Below, piece after piece: positions 1-9,594 of a DNA stretch of 64,000 nucleotides. Location of the stretch: the NCBI GenBank assembly GCA_964610335.1, contig CAZSVP010000003.1, positions 13,531-77,530 of the forward strand, written 5' to 3'. The DNA is from an uncultured Candidatus Saccharibacteria bacterium (lineage in GTDB: Bacteria > Patescibacteriota > Saccharimonadia > CAILAD01 > BJGX01). The translations under genes were made by a program, and so were the position numbers. Position 1 is the first letter of the stretch; each line of letters begins with the position of its first letter. Below the pieces are notes generated by a model. It did no database searches. It had not been told where the DNA came from and saw only the letters and a program-made list of their open reading frames with translations.

Positions 1-14
1 TATTCAAACTACTA

Positions 15-449
15 GTGCTAGGATTCATAGTAATTATGCTGATTCTCGGTAGCTTCATATATGGCAACATTGTTCGCAACAAGCAGAACAAGCAAGCCTC
101 TCAGCCCAACCAGAATACTACCGGCTCTACAGATAGCAAAGCAAACACTACTAACCCCAACTTGCCAGCCAACGCCAACAAAGAGCCCAATCAGCCTGGC
201 CAGAATGCCAAAACCCCTACTCCTGCACCTGTGCAGCAGGGTACCAATCAAGCAGCGCCATCGACTTCAACTCCGCCACAATCTAGTACTTCTGCGCCAG
301 CCCCACAACCTAGCGGCACTATTCCAAATACAGGTTTAGAACTTCACTATGAGGCCATTCCTGCCACTATCATGGCAACACTAGGCTACATCTATATCAA
401 ACAACGTAAAAGCATGGCCAAGCAGCGCAAGCAACCTCTTTACATATAG
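15..449 (+). CDS. Low-complexity Pro/Gln/Thr-rich membrane or surface protein with a C-terminal sortase-type sorting signal (IPNTG, then a hydrophobic stretch, then a KQRK tail). Start uncertain: GTG at 15, and the frame stays open to the window edge.
   Basis: The ORF translation ends ...GTIPNTGLELHYEAIPATIMATLGYIYIKQRKSMAKQRKQ, which is an LPXTG-like motif followed by a TM segment and a basic tail. An N-terminal hydrophobic segment is also present. Confidence 0.4.
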   Translation: MLGFIVIMLILGSFIYGNIVRNKQNKQASQPNQNTTGSTDSKANTTNPNLPANANKEPNQPGQNAKTPTPAPVQQGTNQAAPSTSTPPQSSTSAPAPQPSGTIPNTGLELHYEAIPATIMATLGYIYIKQRKSMAKQRKQPLYI

Positions 450-548
450 CCAAATATCAGGTATGATAAGGTCAATACAAGTTCCATAAACCTTTGCTTT
501 AGGTTCTTGGACTGTAAATCCAATTGTTCGAAAGGAAAATTTAAGATA

Positions 549-1655
549 ATGAATGATAACACCAACGCTTCGGTGATGGAAGAGTTGTTAGCTGGCGCTC
601 AAACCAAAAGCTTGCAAGCCGAAGACAATATAGAAGCCACAGTAATAGAAGAGGATAAACGCCAGATCTGGGTAGACCTAGGAGTATTTGGAACTGGACT
701 TGTTACTAGTAAAGAAGTAGAACACCTAGGGCGTGAATATACTCCTGGTGAAAAAGTTTCTGTCTCGGTAGTAGTGCCCGACACAGCCGAAGGCTATGCT
801 GTAGTCAGCATCAAGAAAGTAGCCAAAGAAAAGGGCTGGGATGTACTGGAGAGCCGGTTCAACCAAAAAGAAACTTTTGGTATCGTGCCATTCGATGCCA
901 ACAAGGGCGGACTGCTTGTTGAGGTGGAAGGCGTGCGTGGTTTCTTACCTGTCAGCCAACTCTCAGCCGAAAACTATCCACGGGTTAGTGGAGCTGACAA
1001 AGATGAGATCCTACATCGACTCAACCACTTAGTAGGCCAAACTCTGATGGTTCGTATACTTGATCTAGATCGCAAAGAAAGCAAGTTAATCGTGTCTGAG
1101 AAAGAAGCTCAGCGTGAGTTTACCGAGGGTAAGCTAGCTGGTCTTAAGGTAGGCGATAAGGTTAGTGGTATTGCTACAGGTGTAGTGGACTTCGGTGTGT
1201 TTGTAAATGTTGATGGCATAGAAGGTCTGGTGCACATCTCTGAGATTGCATGGGATCGCGTAGACAATCCTAGCCGCTACGTCAAGGTAGGACAAGACAT
1301 CGACGCCGTCATAATTGCCATCGACGCTGACAAGCTATCACTCTCTATGAAACAACTGCAAGATGATCCTTGGGCCAAGGAAGTAGGCAAGCTCAAGGTT
1401 GGAGACAAAGTAGACGGTAAGGTTACTCGCATCACGCCATTTGGTGCTTTTGTACAGGTCAATTCTGCTGTAGAAGCACTGGTTCATATCTCTGAGCTAT
1501 CTGACAAGCACGTAGCTGATCCATCGGAGCTAGTGAAGGTTGGTGAAACCAAGACATTCCGTGTCGTGGACATCGATGAAAAGCAGCACAAGCTGTCGCT
1601 AAGCCTCAAATCACCCAAAACTACTACCAAAGCATCTACCGATGACGACAAGTAA
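549..1655 (+). CDS. rpsA: Protein with multiple S1 RNA-binding domains (ribosomal protein S1-like)
   Basis: Repeated S1-type motifs (GxV..I..FGVFV...G..GL.H.SE..). An AAAGGAAAA RBS lies 9 nt upstream of the ATG at 549. The track ORF begins earlier, with TTG at 507. Confidence 0.6.
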   Translation: MNDNTNASVMEELLAGAQTKSLQAEDNIEATVIEEDKRQIWVDLGVFGTGLVTSKEVEHLGREYTPGEKVSVSVVVPDTAEGYAVVSIKKVAKEKGWDVLESRFNQKETFGIVPFDANKGGLLVEVEGVRGFLPVSQLSAENYPRVSGADKDEILHRLNHLVGQTLMVRILDLDRKESKLIVSEKEAQREFTEGKLAGLKVGDKVSGIATGVVDFGVFVNVDGIEGLVHISEIAWDRVDNPSRYVKVGQDIDAVIIAIDADKLSLSMKQLQDDPWAKEVGKLKVGDKVDGKVTRITPFGAFVQVNSAVEALVHISELSDKHVADPSELVKVGETKTFRVVDIDEKQHKLSLSLKSPKTTTKASTDDDK

Positions 1656-1700
1656 CTAACAAAATAGCCACACTCGGTGGCAGCTACAAGGAAAACACTC

Positions 1701-3458
1701 ATGAGTGAAACAGACCCCAAACGAATTGAAATTACCGCCCCCATCCAAGTGAGTGAATTTGCCAAGCTGCTTGATTTAAGCGCTGCCGATGTAGTGGGCG
1801 CGCTTATGCGCAATGGTGTTATGGCCACTATCAATGAAAGTATCGACTACGACACAGCTGCAATTATTGGTGGTGAGCTGGGCTTTGAAATAGCCGAAGC
1901 CCAAGCCGGGCGTGGCGAAACTGTCGAGGCTGTTGACGAGTCGTTGCTCAAACCTCGTCCACCGGTGGTGGCCGTGATGGGCCATGTCGACCATGGCAAG
2001 ACTAGCCTGCTCGATGCTATCCGCAGTAGTAAGGTGGCAGCCGGTGAGGCTGGTGGCATCACTCAACACATTGGTGCTTACCAAGTTGAGCGCAAAGATC
2101 GAATTATTACTTTTCTCGACACTCCTGGTCACGAAGCCTTCTCGGCAATTCGTGCTCATGGCGCCAAGACTGCCGATATTGCAATTATTGTGGTAGCTGC
2201 CGACGACGGTGTGAAGCCCCAGACCAAGGAGGCTATTGAGCACGCCAAAGCCGCCAATGTAAGTATAGTAGTAGCTATTAACAAGATCGATGCCAGTGGT
2301 GCTGATGTCAACCGTGCCAAGCAAGAGCTTAGTGAGATTGGTGTGGTAGCCGATGATTGGGGCGGTGACATTCCAACTGTTGGAGTTTCTGCCAAGACCG
2401 GTGAAGGCATTGAGAACCTACTTGATGTAGTGTTACTGGTTAGTGACATAGCTGAGCCCAAGGCTCGCGTTGAGGGCATGGCACGTGGCGTAGTGATAGA
2501 GTCACATCTTAGTACTGGACAGGGCCCAGTTGCTTCGGCACTTATTCAGGAGGGTACACTCGATGTTGGTGATTGGATCGTACTCGAAGATGGTTACGGC
2601 AAGGTACGCAGTTTGCAAGATTTTCGTGGTAAGCGCATCAAGTCGGCTACACCAGCCACTCCGGTAGTGATATCTGGCCTCAAAGAATTGCCCAACTACG
2701 GTGATTGGATCGAAGAGGTTGAGAGTGAGCGAGCTGCTAAGGATTGGGCTACCAGCCAAGCTCGCAAACAAAGTGCCAAGTCGCTGGTGAATGTAAAGTC
2801 ACTTAGTAGCGCCGACCTAGCTCGAGCCGTTGCTGAGGGTGATCGTAAAGAGCTCAACATCATAGTCAAAGCCGATGCCCAGGGCTCACTCGAGTCGCTA
2901 CAGAGCGCACTAGAACAAATCGGCAACGACAAGGTTGGCGTTAAGATAGTCTCTATTGGGATTGGCGACATTACAGAGAGTGATATCAATGCTGCTACAG
3001 CTAGTGGTGCTATTATAGTTGGCTTCCATGTCAGTATTGCCGCCGCAGTCAATCAGCTGGCCAAACGCGCTGATGTAGAGTTCCGTTTGTACAAGATCAT
3101 CTACGAACTACTAGATGACATTCGCAGCTGGCTACTAAGCCTGTTGCCACCAGAAATAGTTGAGACCGAGATGGCTCGGCTTAAAGTACTTGGTGTATTT
3201 GGAGCGCGCAAGAAAGTCCAAACTGTTGGCGGCCAAGTTGTAAGTGGCAAAATTACTCCTGAGCTAAAGGTAGCCGTAATGCGCGGCAAAGAGCGGGCCG
3301 GTGAAGGCAAGCTACAGAGTCTACAACGCAACAAAGAGGTAGTTAAACAAGTCGCTGAAGGCGATGAGTGTGGAATGCAAATAGAATCCAGTACTACCAT
3401 CGCTATGGATGACGAGCTGATGTTTTACAAGACCGAAGAAAAACCACCGACACTATAG
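1701..3458 (+). CDS. infB: Translation initiation factor IF-2 (short form)
   Basis: GTP-binding motifs [21 protein letters not shown] and NKID, plus an IF-2 C-terminal domain. An AAGGAAA RBS precedes the ATG at 1701; a GTG alternative exists at 1677. Confidence 0.9.
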   Translation: MSETDPKRIEITAPIQVSEFAKLLDLSAADVVGALMRNGVMATINESIDYDTAAIIGGELGFEIAEAQAGRGETVEAVDESLLKPRPPVVAVMGHVDHGKTSLLDAIRSSKVAAGEAGGITQHIGAYQVERKDRIITFLDTPGHEAFSAIRAHGAKTADIAIIVVAADDGVKPQTKEAIEHAKAANVSIVVAINKIDASGADVNRAKQELSEIGVVADDWGGDIPTVGVSAKTGEGIENLLDVVLLVSDIAEPKARVEGMARGVVIESHLSTGQGPVASALIQEGTLDVGDWIVLEDGYGKVRSLQDFRGKRIKSATPATPVVISGLKELPNYGDWIEEVESERAAKDWATSQARKQSAKSLVNVKSLSSADLARAVAEGDRKELNIIVKADAQGSLESLQSALEQIGNDKVGVKIVSIGIGDITESDINAATASGAIIVGFHVSIAAAVNQLAKRADVEFRLYKIIYELLDDIRSWLLSLLPPEIVETEMARLKVLGVFGARKKVQTVGGQVVSGKITPELKVAVMRGKERAGEGKLQSLQRNKEVVKQVAEGDECGMQIESSTTIAMDDELMFYKTEEKPPTL

Positions 3459-3466
3459 GATAGCTA

Positions 3467-3784
3467 ATGTCACGACTTACCAAACTCAATCTTCAGCTTA
3501 CGCGAGTATTGGCTGAGGCCTTCCAAAACTACCCCGAGCGCGATCCGAAGCTACTAGTCACTGTAGTAGCAGTGGAGGTATCGGCCGATATATCTAGTGC
3601 GCTAGTATGGCTTAGTATGCTTGGTGATCAATCCAAGGTAGATGGCTACCTCAAAAGTCTCGATGCCAACAAGCGCTACTTTGCTGAGTTCTTGCACGAT
3701 CGCTTTGAGGCCAAGCGTCAGCCCAAACTGATATTTCGACAGTCTCAATCACTCGAGAAGCTCCAAGATATAGCTGGTAGCTAG
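3467..3784 (+). CDS. rbfA: Ribosome-binding factor A
   Basis: Translation MSRLTKLNLQLTRVLAEAF...VTVVAVEVSADISSALVW is typical of RbfA. It lies immediately after infB, the conserved gene order. Confidence 0.85.
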   Translation: MSRLTKLNLQLTRVLAEAFQNYPERDPKLLVTVVAVEVSADISSALVWLSMLGDQSKVDGYLKSLDANKRYFAEFLHDRFEAKRQPKLIFRQSQSLEKLQDIAGS

Positions 3785-3820
3785 CAACCACTTGAGTTGG
3801 ATGCTGCGGCGTTGTATCAT

Positions 3821-4195
3821 ATGAGTATGAGTAAAACAGTCCTGCTTGTCGAAGACAATGATTTTATCCGCAATATGTATCAGCTCAAGCTGAGCAAATC
3901 GGGGCTTGAAGTAGTAGAAGCTGGCGATGGTGTACAGGCTCTCGAGAAGATCAAGGCCCAAAAGCCTGATGTAATACTGCTAGATCTTATGATGCCCAAC
4001 ATGGGTGGCCTCGATGTGCTCAAGCAGCTCAAGGCAGATGGTATGTTACCCGATCTCCCGGTAGTAGTACTCACCAATGTGATGGATCAGCAGTCTGTCG
4101 ACGATGCCAAGAAGCTAGGAGCCCGCGACTACATAGTCAAGACTGATCTCACACCTACACAGGTAGTAGAGAAGATCCAGCCACTGTTACAATAA
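3821..4195 (+). CDS. Stand-alone response-regulator receiver domain protein (CheY-like)
   Basis: LLVEDNDFIRNMY...ILLDLMMPNMGGLDVLKQLK matches the REC-domain acidic pocket, conserved Asp and K motif, and there is no output domain. The track ORF begins at the TTG at 3797. Confidence 0.75.
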   Translation: MSMSKTVLLVEDNDFIRNMYQLKLSKSGLEVVEAGDGVQALEKIKAQKPDVILLDLMMPNMGGLDVLKQLKADGMLPDLPVVVLTNVMDQQSVDDAKKLGARDYIVKTDLTPTQVVEKIQPLLQ

Positions 4196-4279
4196 TTGAT
4201 TATTTAATTCAGTAAGCTTGACCAGTTTACAATTATTCTAGTATGATTGTGATAATCAACAAATTCATAGGAGTAAACA

Positions 4280-4879
4280 ATGCCAGCCAAATCCAACGTC
4301 CGTAAGAGTACTAGTAAATCTGGAGGGTTTAAGTTTCGATGGTGGATGGGTTTGGGGTTAGTGCTAGTAATAGCACTTGTTGGATTATTGGTACTTAGGT
4401 TTAGTAAGGCAGGTACTGCTGCTCTAGTCACTTGTGGCAACTACCCTCCAAATATTTCAAATGTTAGCATGCAGTATGTCTACAACAAGGGCACGCCCAA
4501 TACTCAAAATGTTTGTATGATGAAGTCGCCTTATGCATTTTCGCCACTAGGCACTAAGATTACACCAGGCGCAGCTGCTACGTACTGTGTAAAAGGGAGA
4601 TACGTAGGGGATATTAGCTTTACAGCTATAGCTTATACGCCAAACAATACTACGTTCTCATCGCAACCCTCAAACCTAAGTGCGGCTAACTCATATGTAA
4701 GGGGGTTTGGTAACAATTGGATAGCAGACCCTGTGCCAGGTACAGGTGGAGGGGATGTTACGCTGGCCTGTACCAGAGTGCAAACTCCTGATGGAGCAAC
4801 ATCAAGAATTGATTTTGTTTCGCATGGCAATGGGCTAGTTTTTATGCACGCAATAGATGTAGTTGACATCCATAACTAG
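4280..4879 (+). CDS. MPAKSNVR-family membrane-anchored protein, paralog 1
   Basis: N-terminus MPAKSNVRKSTSKSGGFKFRWWMGLGLVLVIALVGLLVLRFS is a basic segment followed by a single TM, conserved with the ORFs at 4973, 5585 and 47430. The C-terminal domain is variable and Cys-containing. Confidence 0.6.
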   Translation: MPAKSNVRKSTSKSGGFKFRWWMGLGLVLVIALVGLLVLRFSKAGTAALVTCGNYPPNISNVSMQYVYNKGTPNTQNVCMMKSPYAFSPLGTKITPGAAATYCVKGRYVGDISFTAIAYTPNNTTFSSQPSNLSAANSYVRGFGNNWIADPVPGTGGGDVTLACTRVQTPDGATSRIDFVSHGNGLVFMHAIDVVDIHN

Positions 4880-4910
4880 TACTTACCTAAGGATAGAAGC
4901 TTTAGTAATC

Positions 4911-4940
4911 TTGACAGGTTTAGTAATGTTCTCGTACTAT
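4911..4940 (+). promoter_or_regulatory. Putative sigma70-like promoter of paralog 2 (TTGACA -35, TACTAT -10)
   Basis: cTTGACAggtttagtaatgttctcgTACTATtagcat, followed by an AAGGAAAA RBS and the ATG at 4973. It is nearly identical to the promoter at 5518. Confidence 0.4.
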
Positions 4941-4972
4941 TAGCATAATAAGTAAAACAAGGAAAACTAAAT

Positions 4973-5449
4973 ATGCCAGCTAAATCAAATGTTCGTAATG
5001 GTGCCAGTAAATCTGGAGGCTTTAAGTTTAAGTGGTGGATGGGTGTTGGGCTCGTAGCTATTATCGCTGTTATTGGAGTGGTGATTGTACGATTTAGCAA
5101 CGCTTCTACTCTAAATCAATATGACCAGAAAATTACTAAGAATAGCAGATACGGTTCACCATTTCCAGAGCCAGTGTATGCTTCAAGCCTTTGTTCTAAT
5201 ACAACCTTTCCAAAATATCTAGATACGTACTCAGCGGGTAGATTTGTATACTGTGGAAGATTTATAGATAATGGTCACATAAGGTGGGCTAGGAATAATG
5301 GTAATAACTCTACTACTTGTGCCGAAATCCAAAGAATTGGGGTTGGACCAAATAAAACAAGGGCATACTTTGTTATTGACGATGAAGACTCAAGTGATCT
5401 AGATACTGGGAAAACAGTTTTAATTGTAGAAAGGCCTTGTTCTGAGTAG
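4973..5449 (+). CDS. MPAKSNVR-family membrane-anchored protein, paralog 2
   Basis: About 70% identical by eye to the ORF at 5585 along its full length, sharing NGHIRW..NG.NS.TCAEIQRIG.GPNKTRAYFVID.E.SSDLDTGKTVL..ERPCSE. Confidence 0.6.
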   Translation: MPAKSNVRNGASKSGGFKFKWWMGVGLVAIIAVIGVVIVRFSNASTLNQYDQKITKNSRYGSPFPEPVYASSLCSNTTFPKYLDTYSAGRFVYCGRFIDNGHIRWARNNGNNSTTCAEIQRIGVGPNKTRAYFVIDDEDSSDLDTGKTVLIVERPCSE

Positions 5450-5469
5450 CGTTTACTGAAAATAACCAT

Positions 5470-5495
5470 TAATGAACGCGCTTGCGTTCATTTTT
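5470..5495 (+). terminator. Rho-independent terminator hairpin (aatgaacgcgcttgcgttcatt followed by a T-run)
   Basis: Perfect inverted repeat followed by TTTTT. It is duplicated, with a changed loop, at 6093. Confidence 0.6.
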
Positions 5496-5517
5496 GATTT
5501 ACTCAAGTTTCGGTAAG

Positions 5518-5549
5518 CTTGACAGGTTTGCTTTTTTTTTTGCTACTAT
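5518..5549 (+). promoter_or_regulatory. Putative promoter of paralog 3 (TTGACA -35, TACTAT -10)
   Basis: gcTTGACAggtttgcttttttttttgcTACTATttg, followed by an AAGGAAAA RBS and the ATG at 5585. Confidence 0.4.
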
Positions 5550-5584
5550 TTGATTAACTAAGTAACAAACAAGGAAAACTTAAT

Positions 5585-6070
5585 ATGCCAGCTAAATCAA
5601 ATGTTCGTAAGGGTGCCAGTAAGCCTGGAGGCTTTAAGTTTAAGTGGTGGATGGGTGTCGGGCTTGTAGCTATTATTGCTATCATTGGAGTGGTGATCGT
5701 ACGATTTAGCAACGCTTCTACAATAAGCCAATATGACCAACAAATTACTAACAATAGCAGAGGAATACCAAGTCCTCAGGATCCAACAGGTATTGGTGCT
5801 TTCCAATGTGGTGGTAGTGGCTTTAACAAATTTGTACAAGGAACGACAGCTGGAAAGTTTTGGTTCTGTGGATATTTTCATGACAACGGCCATATTCGAT
5901 GGGTAAGAGATAATGGAAGTAACTCATTTACATGTGCGGAGATTCAGCGAATCGGACAAGGTCCCAATAAAACTCGTGCCTATTTTGTTATTGATAATGA
6001 GAACTCTAGCGATCTAGATACCGGCAAAACAGTACTATTTATTGAGAGACCTTGCAGCGAAGGGCGATAG
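5585..6070 (+). CDS. MPAKSNVR-family membrane-anchored protein, paralog 3
   Basis: See paralog 2. It is a tandem duplicate that includes the 5' UTR and the terminator. Confidence 0.6.
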   Translation: MPAKSNVRKGASKPGGFKFKWWMGVGLVAIIAIIGVVIVRFSNASTISQYDQQITNNSRGIPSPQDPTGIGAFQCGGSGFNKFVQGTTAGKFWFCGYFHDNGHIRWVRDNGSNSFTCAEIQRIGQGPNKTRAYFVIDNENSSDLDTGKTVLFIERPCSEGR

Positions 6071-6074
6071 TTAA

Positions 6075-6986
6075 TTACTTCAGGTATCCATTAATGAACG
6101 CTTCGGCGTTCATTTTGGTTTTGCCGGCAGGTTGAAGTTCGAGTATCTCGAGGCTACTATCTTCGCAACCAAAATACAGTTTTTTGTCGGCAACAGTTAG
6201 TTTGCCAGCTGGGGTTTTTTGATCTGAAACTGAAGCTCTGTGAATTACAATTCGCAAGTCGTTCATGTCTAGGTAGCTCTTCGGCCAGCCAGCATAAGCG
6301 CATACCTCATACTCTAGCTGGGTTGCAGACTTACTTGGATCAAGATGTCCGTCAGTTTTGGCTATGCGTTTGGTGAAAGTTGGCTCACCAGATTGTGGCG
6401 AGGGCTGCAACTTGTCATTGATTATTGCTGGTAGGGTTTCTACCAATAGATCCGCGCCCATACTACCTAGTTTGTCCACCAATTCTTGTTTGGTTTCGGT
6501 ACCAGAAAGCTTAAGTTCGCGCTGAGCATAGACTGGGCCAGCATCCATCTCGGCTACTAGCTTCATGAGCGACACACCGGTCTTGGTATCGCCTTGCAGT
6601 ATGGTACTCTCGATTGGTGTGGAGCCACGTAGCTGTGGCAACAGTGATGGGTGGATATTGATTATACCCATTGGGAACATATCTAGCACTTGTTGAGGCA
6701 CAATTTGTCCAAAAGCCACCAGTATACCAAGTTCGCTGCGGTGTTTGGCTACCTTGTCTGCCAAGGAGATTTTGTGGCCAGGTAGGATAACTGGTATACC
6801 GTGCTGGTGTGCCAACGTACCTATCTCGAGCTCACGACTCTGGCGTGACACACTGTCGACGTGATTGGCTATCACGGCCTCTATCTCGTAGCCGGCTTTG
6901 ATGAGAGCATTCAATACAGGTACCTTTGTGGTAGTACCAGTAGCAAGCCGTTCATTACCAAAAAAAACTATTTTAGGCTTAGTCAT
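6075..6986 (-). CDS. fmt: Methionyl-tRNA formyltransferase
   Basis: MTKPKIVFFGNERLA... N-terminus and a formyltransferase core (HPSLLPQLRG). It is the last gene of the priA-def-fmt operon. The track ORF extends to 7010. Confidence 0.85.
   Translation of the reverse strand: MTKPKIVFFGNERLATGTTTKVPVLNALIKAGYEIEAVIANHVDSVSRQSRELEIGTLAHQHGIPVILPGHKISLADKVAKHRSELGILVAFGQIVPQQVLDMFPMGIINIHPSLLPQLRGSTPIESTILQGDTKTGVSLMKLVAEMDAGPVYAQRELKLSGTETKQELVDKLGSMGADLLVETLPAIINDKLQPSPQSGEPTFTKRIAKTDGHLDPSKSATQLEYEVCAYAGWPKSYLDMNDLRIVIHRASVSDQKTPAGKLTVADKKLYFGCEDSSLEILELQPAGKTKMNAEAFINGYLK
6093..6118. terminator. Rho-independent terminator (aatgaacgcttcggcgttcatttt), possibly bidirectional for convergent fmt
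   Basis: Inverted repeat with a T-run, sitting between convergent genes. Confidence 0.6.
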
Positions 6987-7536
6987 CTGGTTGGAGTCTC
7001 TTGGCTTCATCTGGTGCTAGTGGGCGTAGCTTACCATCGTCGTCTAAGTGGAAAAGATTACTAGCATCGTCGACGTGGTCAAGAAATATTACACCGGCCA
7101 TATGATCTATTTCGTGTTGAAGCACACGAGCTGGGAAGCCCTCGACACTGAGTCGTACTGGATCGCCGTTTTCGTCGAGCGCTTTTACTTTTATCTTGAG
7201 CGGGCGGGTAACACGGCCATAAATGCCAGGGACACTTAGGCAGCCCTCTATGTCGTCGACAGTAGCATCGCTGACCTTCACTATCTCTGGGTTGACCAGT
7301 GTAGTGAACTCGCTTTCTTCTGGGTTGTCGAAATTGTTGCGCACCACGGTGAGCTTAAGTGGTTCATTGATCTGGATAGCTGCTAGGGCAGCACCAAACT
7401 CGCTATCGTGATCCCAGTCAAGCGTGGTTTCGATCATGTCATTGGCGAGCTGGCGAATAGAATCGTCAACATAGCCAATTCGCTTGGACTTCATGCGCAG
7501 AATCTTATTGGGGATGGTTACGATTTTACGAATCAT
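6979..7536 (-). CDS. def: Peptide deformylase
   Basis: Motifs GCLSVPG, EGC and HEIDH. Confidence 0.9.
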   Translation of the reverse strand: MIRKIVTIPNKILRMKSKRIGYVDDSIRQLANDMIETTLDWDHDSEFGAALAAIQINEPLKLTVVRNNFDNPEESEFTTLVNPEIVKVSDATVDDIEGCLSVPGIYGRVTRPLKIKVKALDENGDPVRLSVEGFPARVLQHEIDHMAGVIFLDHVDDASNLFHLDDDGKLRPLAPDEAKRLQPDD

Positions 7537-7538
7537 AA

Positions 7539-9497
7539 TTATAGGAGATTAATAGGGTCGAGATTGTGGGTAATGGTGGTTGGCAGAGTTTCACAAAGCT
7601 TAGTAAGCTGACCGCGTCGGGCGGATTTGGCAACAAGCTGCCAATAGTATTTGCGGCCACGAGCAAATGGGTGAGTTGGCACTGGGCCAACCAGGCTCAA
7701 GCCAGATTGATTGCGCCACTTGGCCTTGAGCGCTTCGAGCTCACGTCGGCCACGCTCACGCTCGGCAAAACCACAAGTTAATTGTACCAGATATGTGAAT
7801 GGTGGGTACAGGTACTGTTGGCGTAAGCCAAGCTCATGGCGCGCAAATAGTTCATAATCATGCTCAGCAACAGCTTGTAGTACGGGTTGGTTCGGATTGT
7901 AGGTCTGAATTATTACCTGGCCTTGGGCCTTGCGCCGGCCAGCACGGCCGGCTGCTTGAACCATCATATCAAAGGCTCGTTCGCTGGCTGAAAAGTCGGG
8001 GATTGATAGTGCGCTTTCGGCCGAGATTACACCTACCAGGCTGACTCTATCAAAGTCCAAGCCGCGGCTAATCATCTGCGTACCTACCAATATGTCAGTA
8101 TGCCCAGCATTCATATCACTGAGAATATTGCTAATGTCGCTCAGCTTGTGTATGTCGGCATCGAGCCGAGCTACACTGGCCTTGGGAAACTGTTGGTTTA
8201 GCTCTGCCTCGACGGCCTTGGTGCCAAAGCCCACAAAGCGGATGTCATGACTACCGCAATTACTACAAATAGCTGGGGGCGGCAGTTGCTTACCACAGTA
8301 GTGGCATACTAGCTTACCATGGTCGGCATGATACACCATAGCTACCTCACAGTCAGGACAGGACGATGCTTGGCCACAGCTAGTGCAGACGGCGCTACGA
8401 GCGCTGCCACGACGATTGTGTAGCAGTAGTACTTGATTGTTTGCAGCTATCGTATCGGTAATAGCAGTTTGCAACTCGGGCGACAGTATCTCAACCTTGG
8501 GTGCTTCCACATAGGTGATATTGGGTAGAGCCGTGTCTTGATGGCGGCTTCTAAGTGTCAGCAGCTCTAGCTTGCCTGTCTTGGCCAGTTGGTACTGCAC
8601 TAGGCTGGGCGTAGCACTTCCTAGCACTAGGTTGGCTTGATGGAGGTTGCCTAGCTGGGCGGCAACATCGACAGTTTGGTAGCGTATACCAGAATCTTGC
8701 TTGTAGCTAGGCTCGTGTGCTTCGTCTATCACTATAAGACCAAGCTTGGCAATTGGGGCAAAAAGTGCTGAGCGAGTGCCCACCACAATTGTAGGTGTAG
8801 TGATGGAGCCTTCCAGGATGGCTTGCCAGCGAGCCAAGCGAGTGGCGACTGACAGCCCAGAGTGCAGTATCACGGCTTGGGGGAAGTAGCGCTGGATGGA
8901 CTTGACCATACTCTCGGCAAGCACAATTTCTGGCACTAATAGTAGTGCCGACTTACCAGACTTAACGGTTCGCTGTAAAAGATGAAGATATATGACAGTC
9001 TTGCCTGAGCCGGTTATACCGTGCAACAGGTATTTATGGGAATTTTTGTCGTTGTGGCTAATGCCGTCAAAAACTGCTTGCTGTTGACTGGTAAGTTTGG
9101 GTAGCTTAGTGGGTTTGACAGCCTCGAGTTTTTGAGCTATACGACGCTTGGTGACTATACCGGTTGGCAACATTGGTTTTAATACTTGCTCGAGCGGCGC
9201 TACATAGAATCGTTGTACCCATTGAGCAAGCTCAACTAGCTTGTGAGGATAAGGGGTATCTAGCACCAATCTAGTGACTGGTTTGATCTTATACTTGCTA
9301 GGTCCTTTCTTGAGCTGGCAAACGGATTGGACTAGGCCGAGGCAACTGCGTTTGCCAAATGGTGCAGTTACTATCGAACCAGGTTGAATTGCTGTTGTAA
9401 GATCGGCAGGCACGGCGTAGCTGTAGGTTTGCCAATCTGAGCCGTGATAGCCACTTACCAATACTTCGGCCTGTATCTGTTCGGAGTTTGTACTCAT
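7539..9497 (-). CDS. priA: Primosomal protein N' (PriA helicase)
   Basis: Walker A GITGSGKT, DEAH-like VIDEAHE, and Cys4 zinc-binding clusters (CTSCGQASSCPDC...CHYCG...CSNCG). Confidence 0.9.
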   Translation of the reverse strand: MSTNSEQIQAEVLVSGYHGSDWQTYSYAVPADLTTAIQPGSIVTAPFGKRSCLGLVQSVCQLKKGPSKYKIKPVTRLVLDTPYPHKLVELAQWVQRFYVAPLEQVLKPMLPTGIVTKRRIAQKLEAVKPTKLPKLTSQQQAVFDGISHNDKNSHKYLLHGITGSGKTVIYLHLLQRTVKSGKSALLLVPEIVLAESMVKSIQRYFPQAVILHSGLSVATRLARWQAILEGSITTPTIVVGTRSALFAPIAKLGLIVIDEAHEPSYKQDSGIRYQTVDVAAQLGNLHQANLVLGSATPSLVQYQLAKTGKLELLTLRSRHQDTALPNITYVEAPKVEILSPELQTAITDTIAANNQVLLLHNRRGSARSAVCTSCGQASSCPDCEVAMVYHADHGKLVCHYCGKQLPPPAICSNCGSHDIRFVGFGTKAVEAELNQQFPKASVARLDADIHKLSDISNILSDMNAGHTDILVGTQMISRGLDFDRVSLVGVISAESALSIPDFSASERAFDMMVQAAGRAGRRKAQGQVIIQTYNPNQPVLQAVAEHDYELFARHELGLRQQYLYPPFTYLVQLTCGFAERERGRRELEALKAKWRNQSGLSLVGPVPTHPFARGRKYYWQLVAKSARRGQLTKLCETLPTTITHNLDPINLL

Positions 9498-9594
9498 GGC
9501 TATATCATACCATCTTGTTTTCCATATCCCAGGCTATATTTGAACTGTGAGTCAAGGCTTGTTTTTATCTGATAAATCGGCTACTATCAGATAG

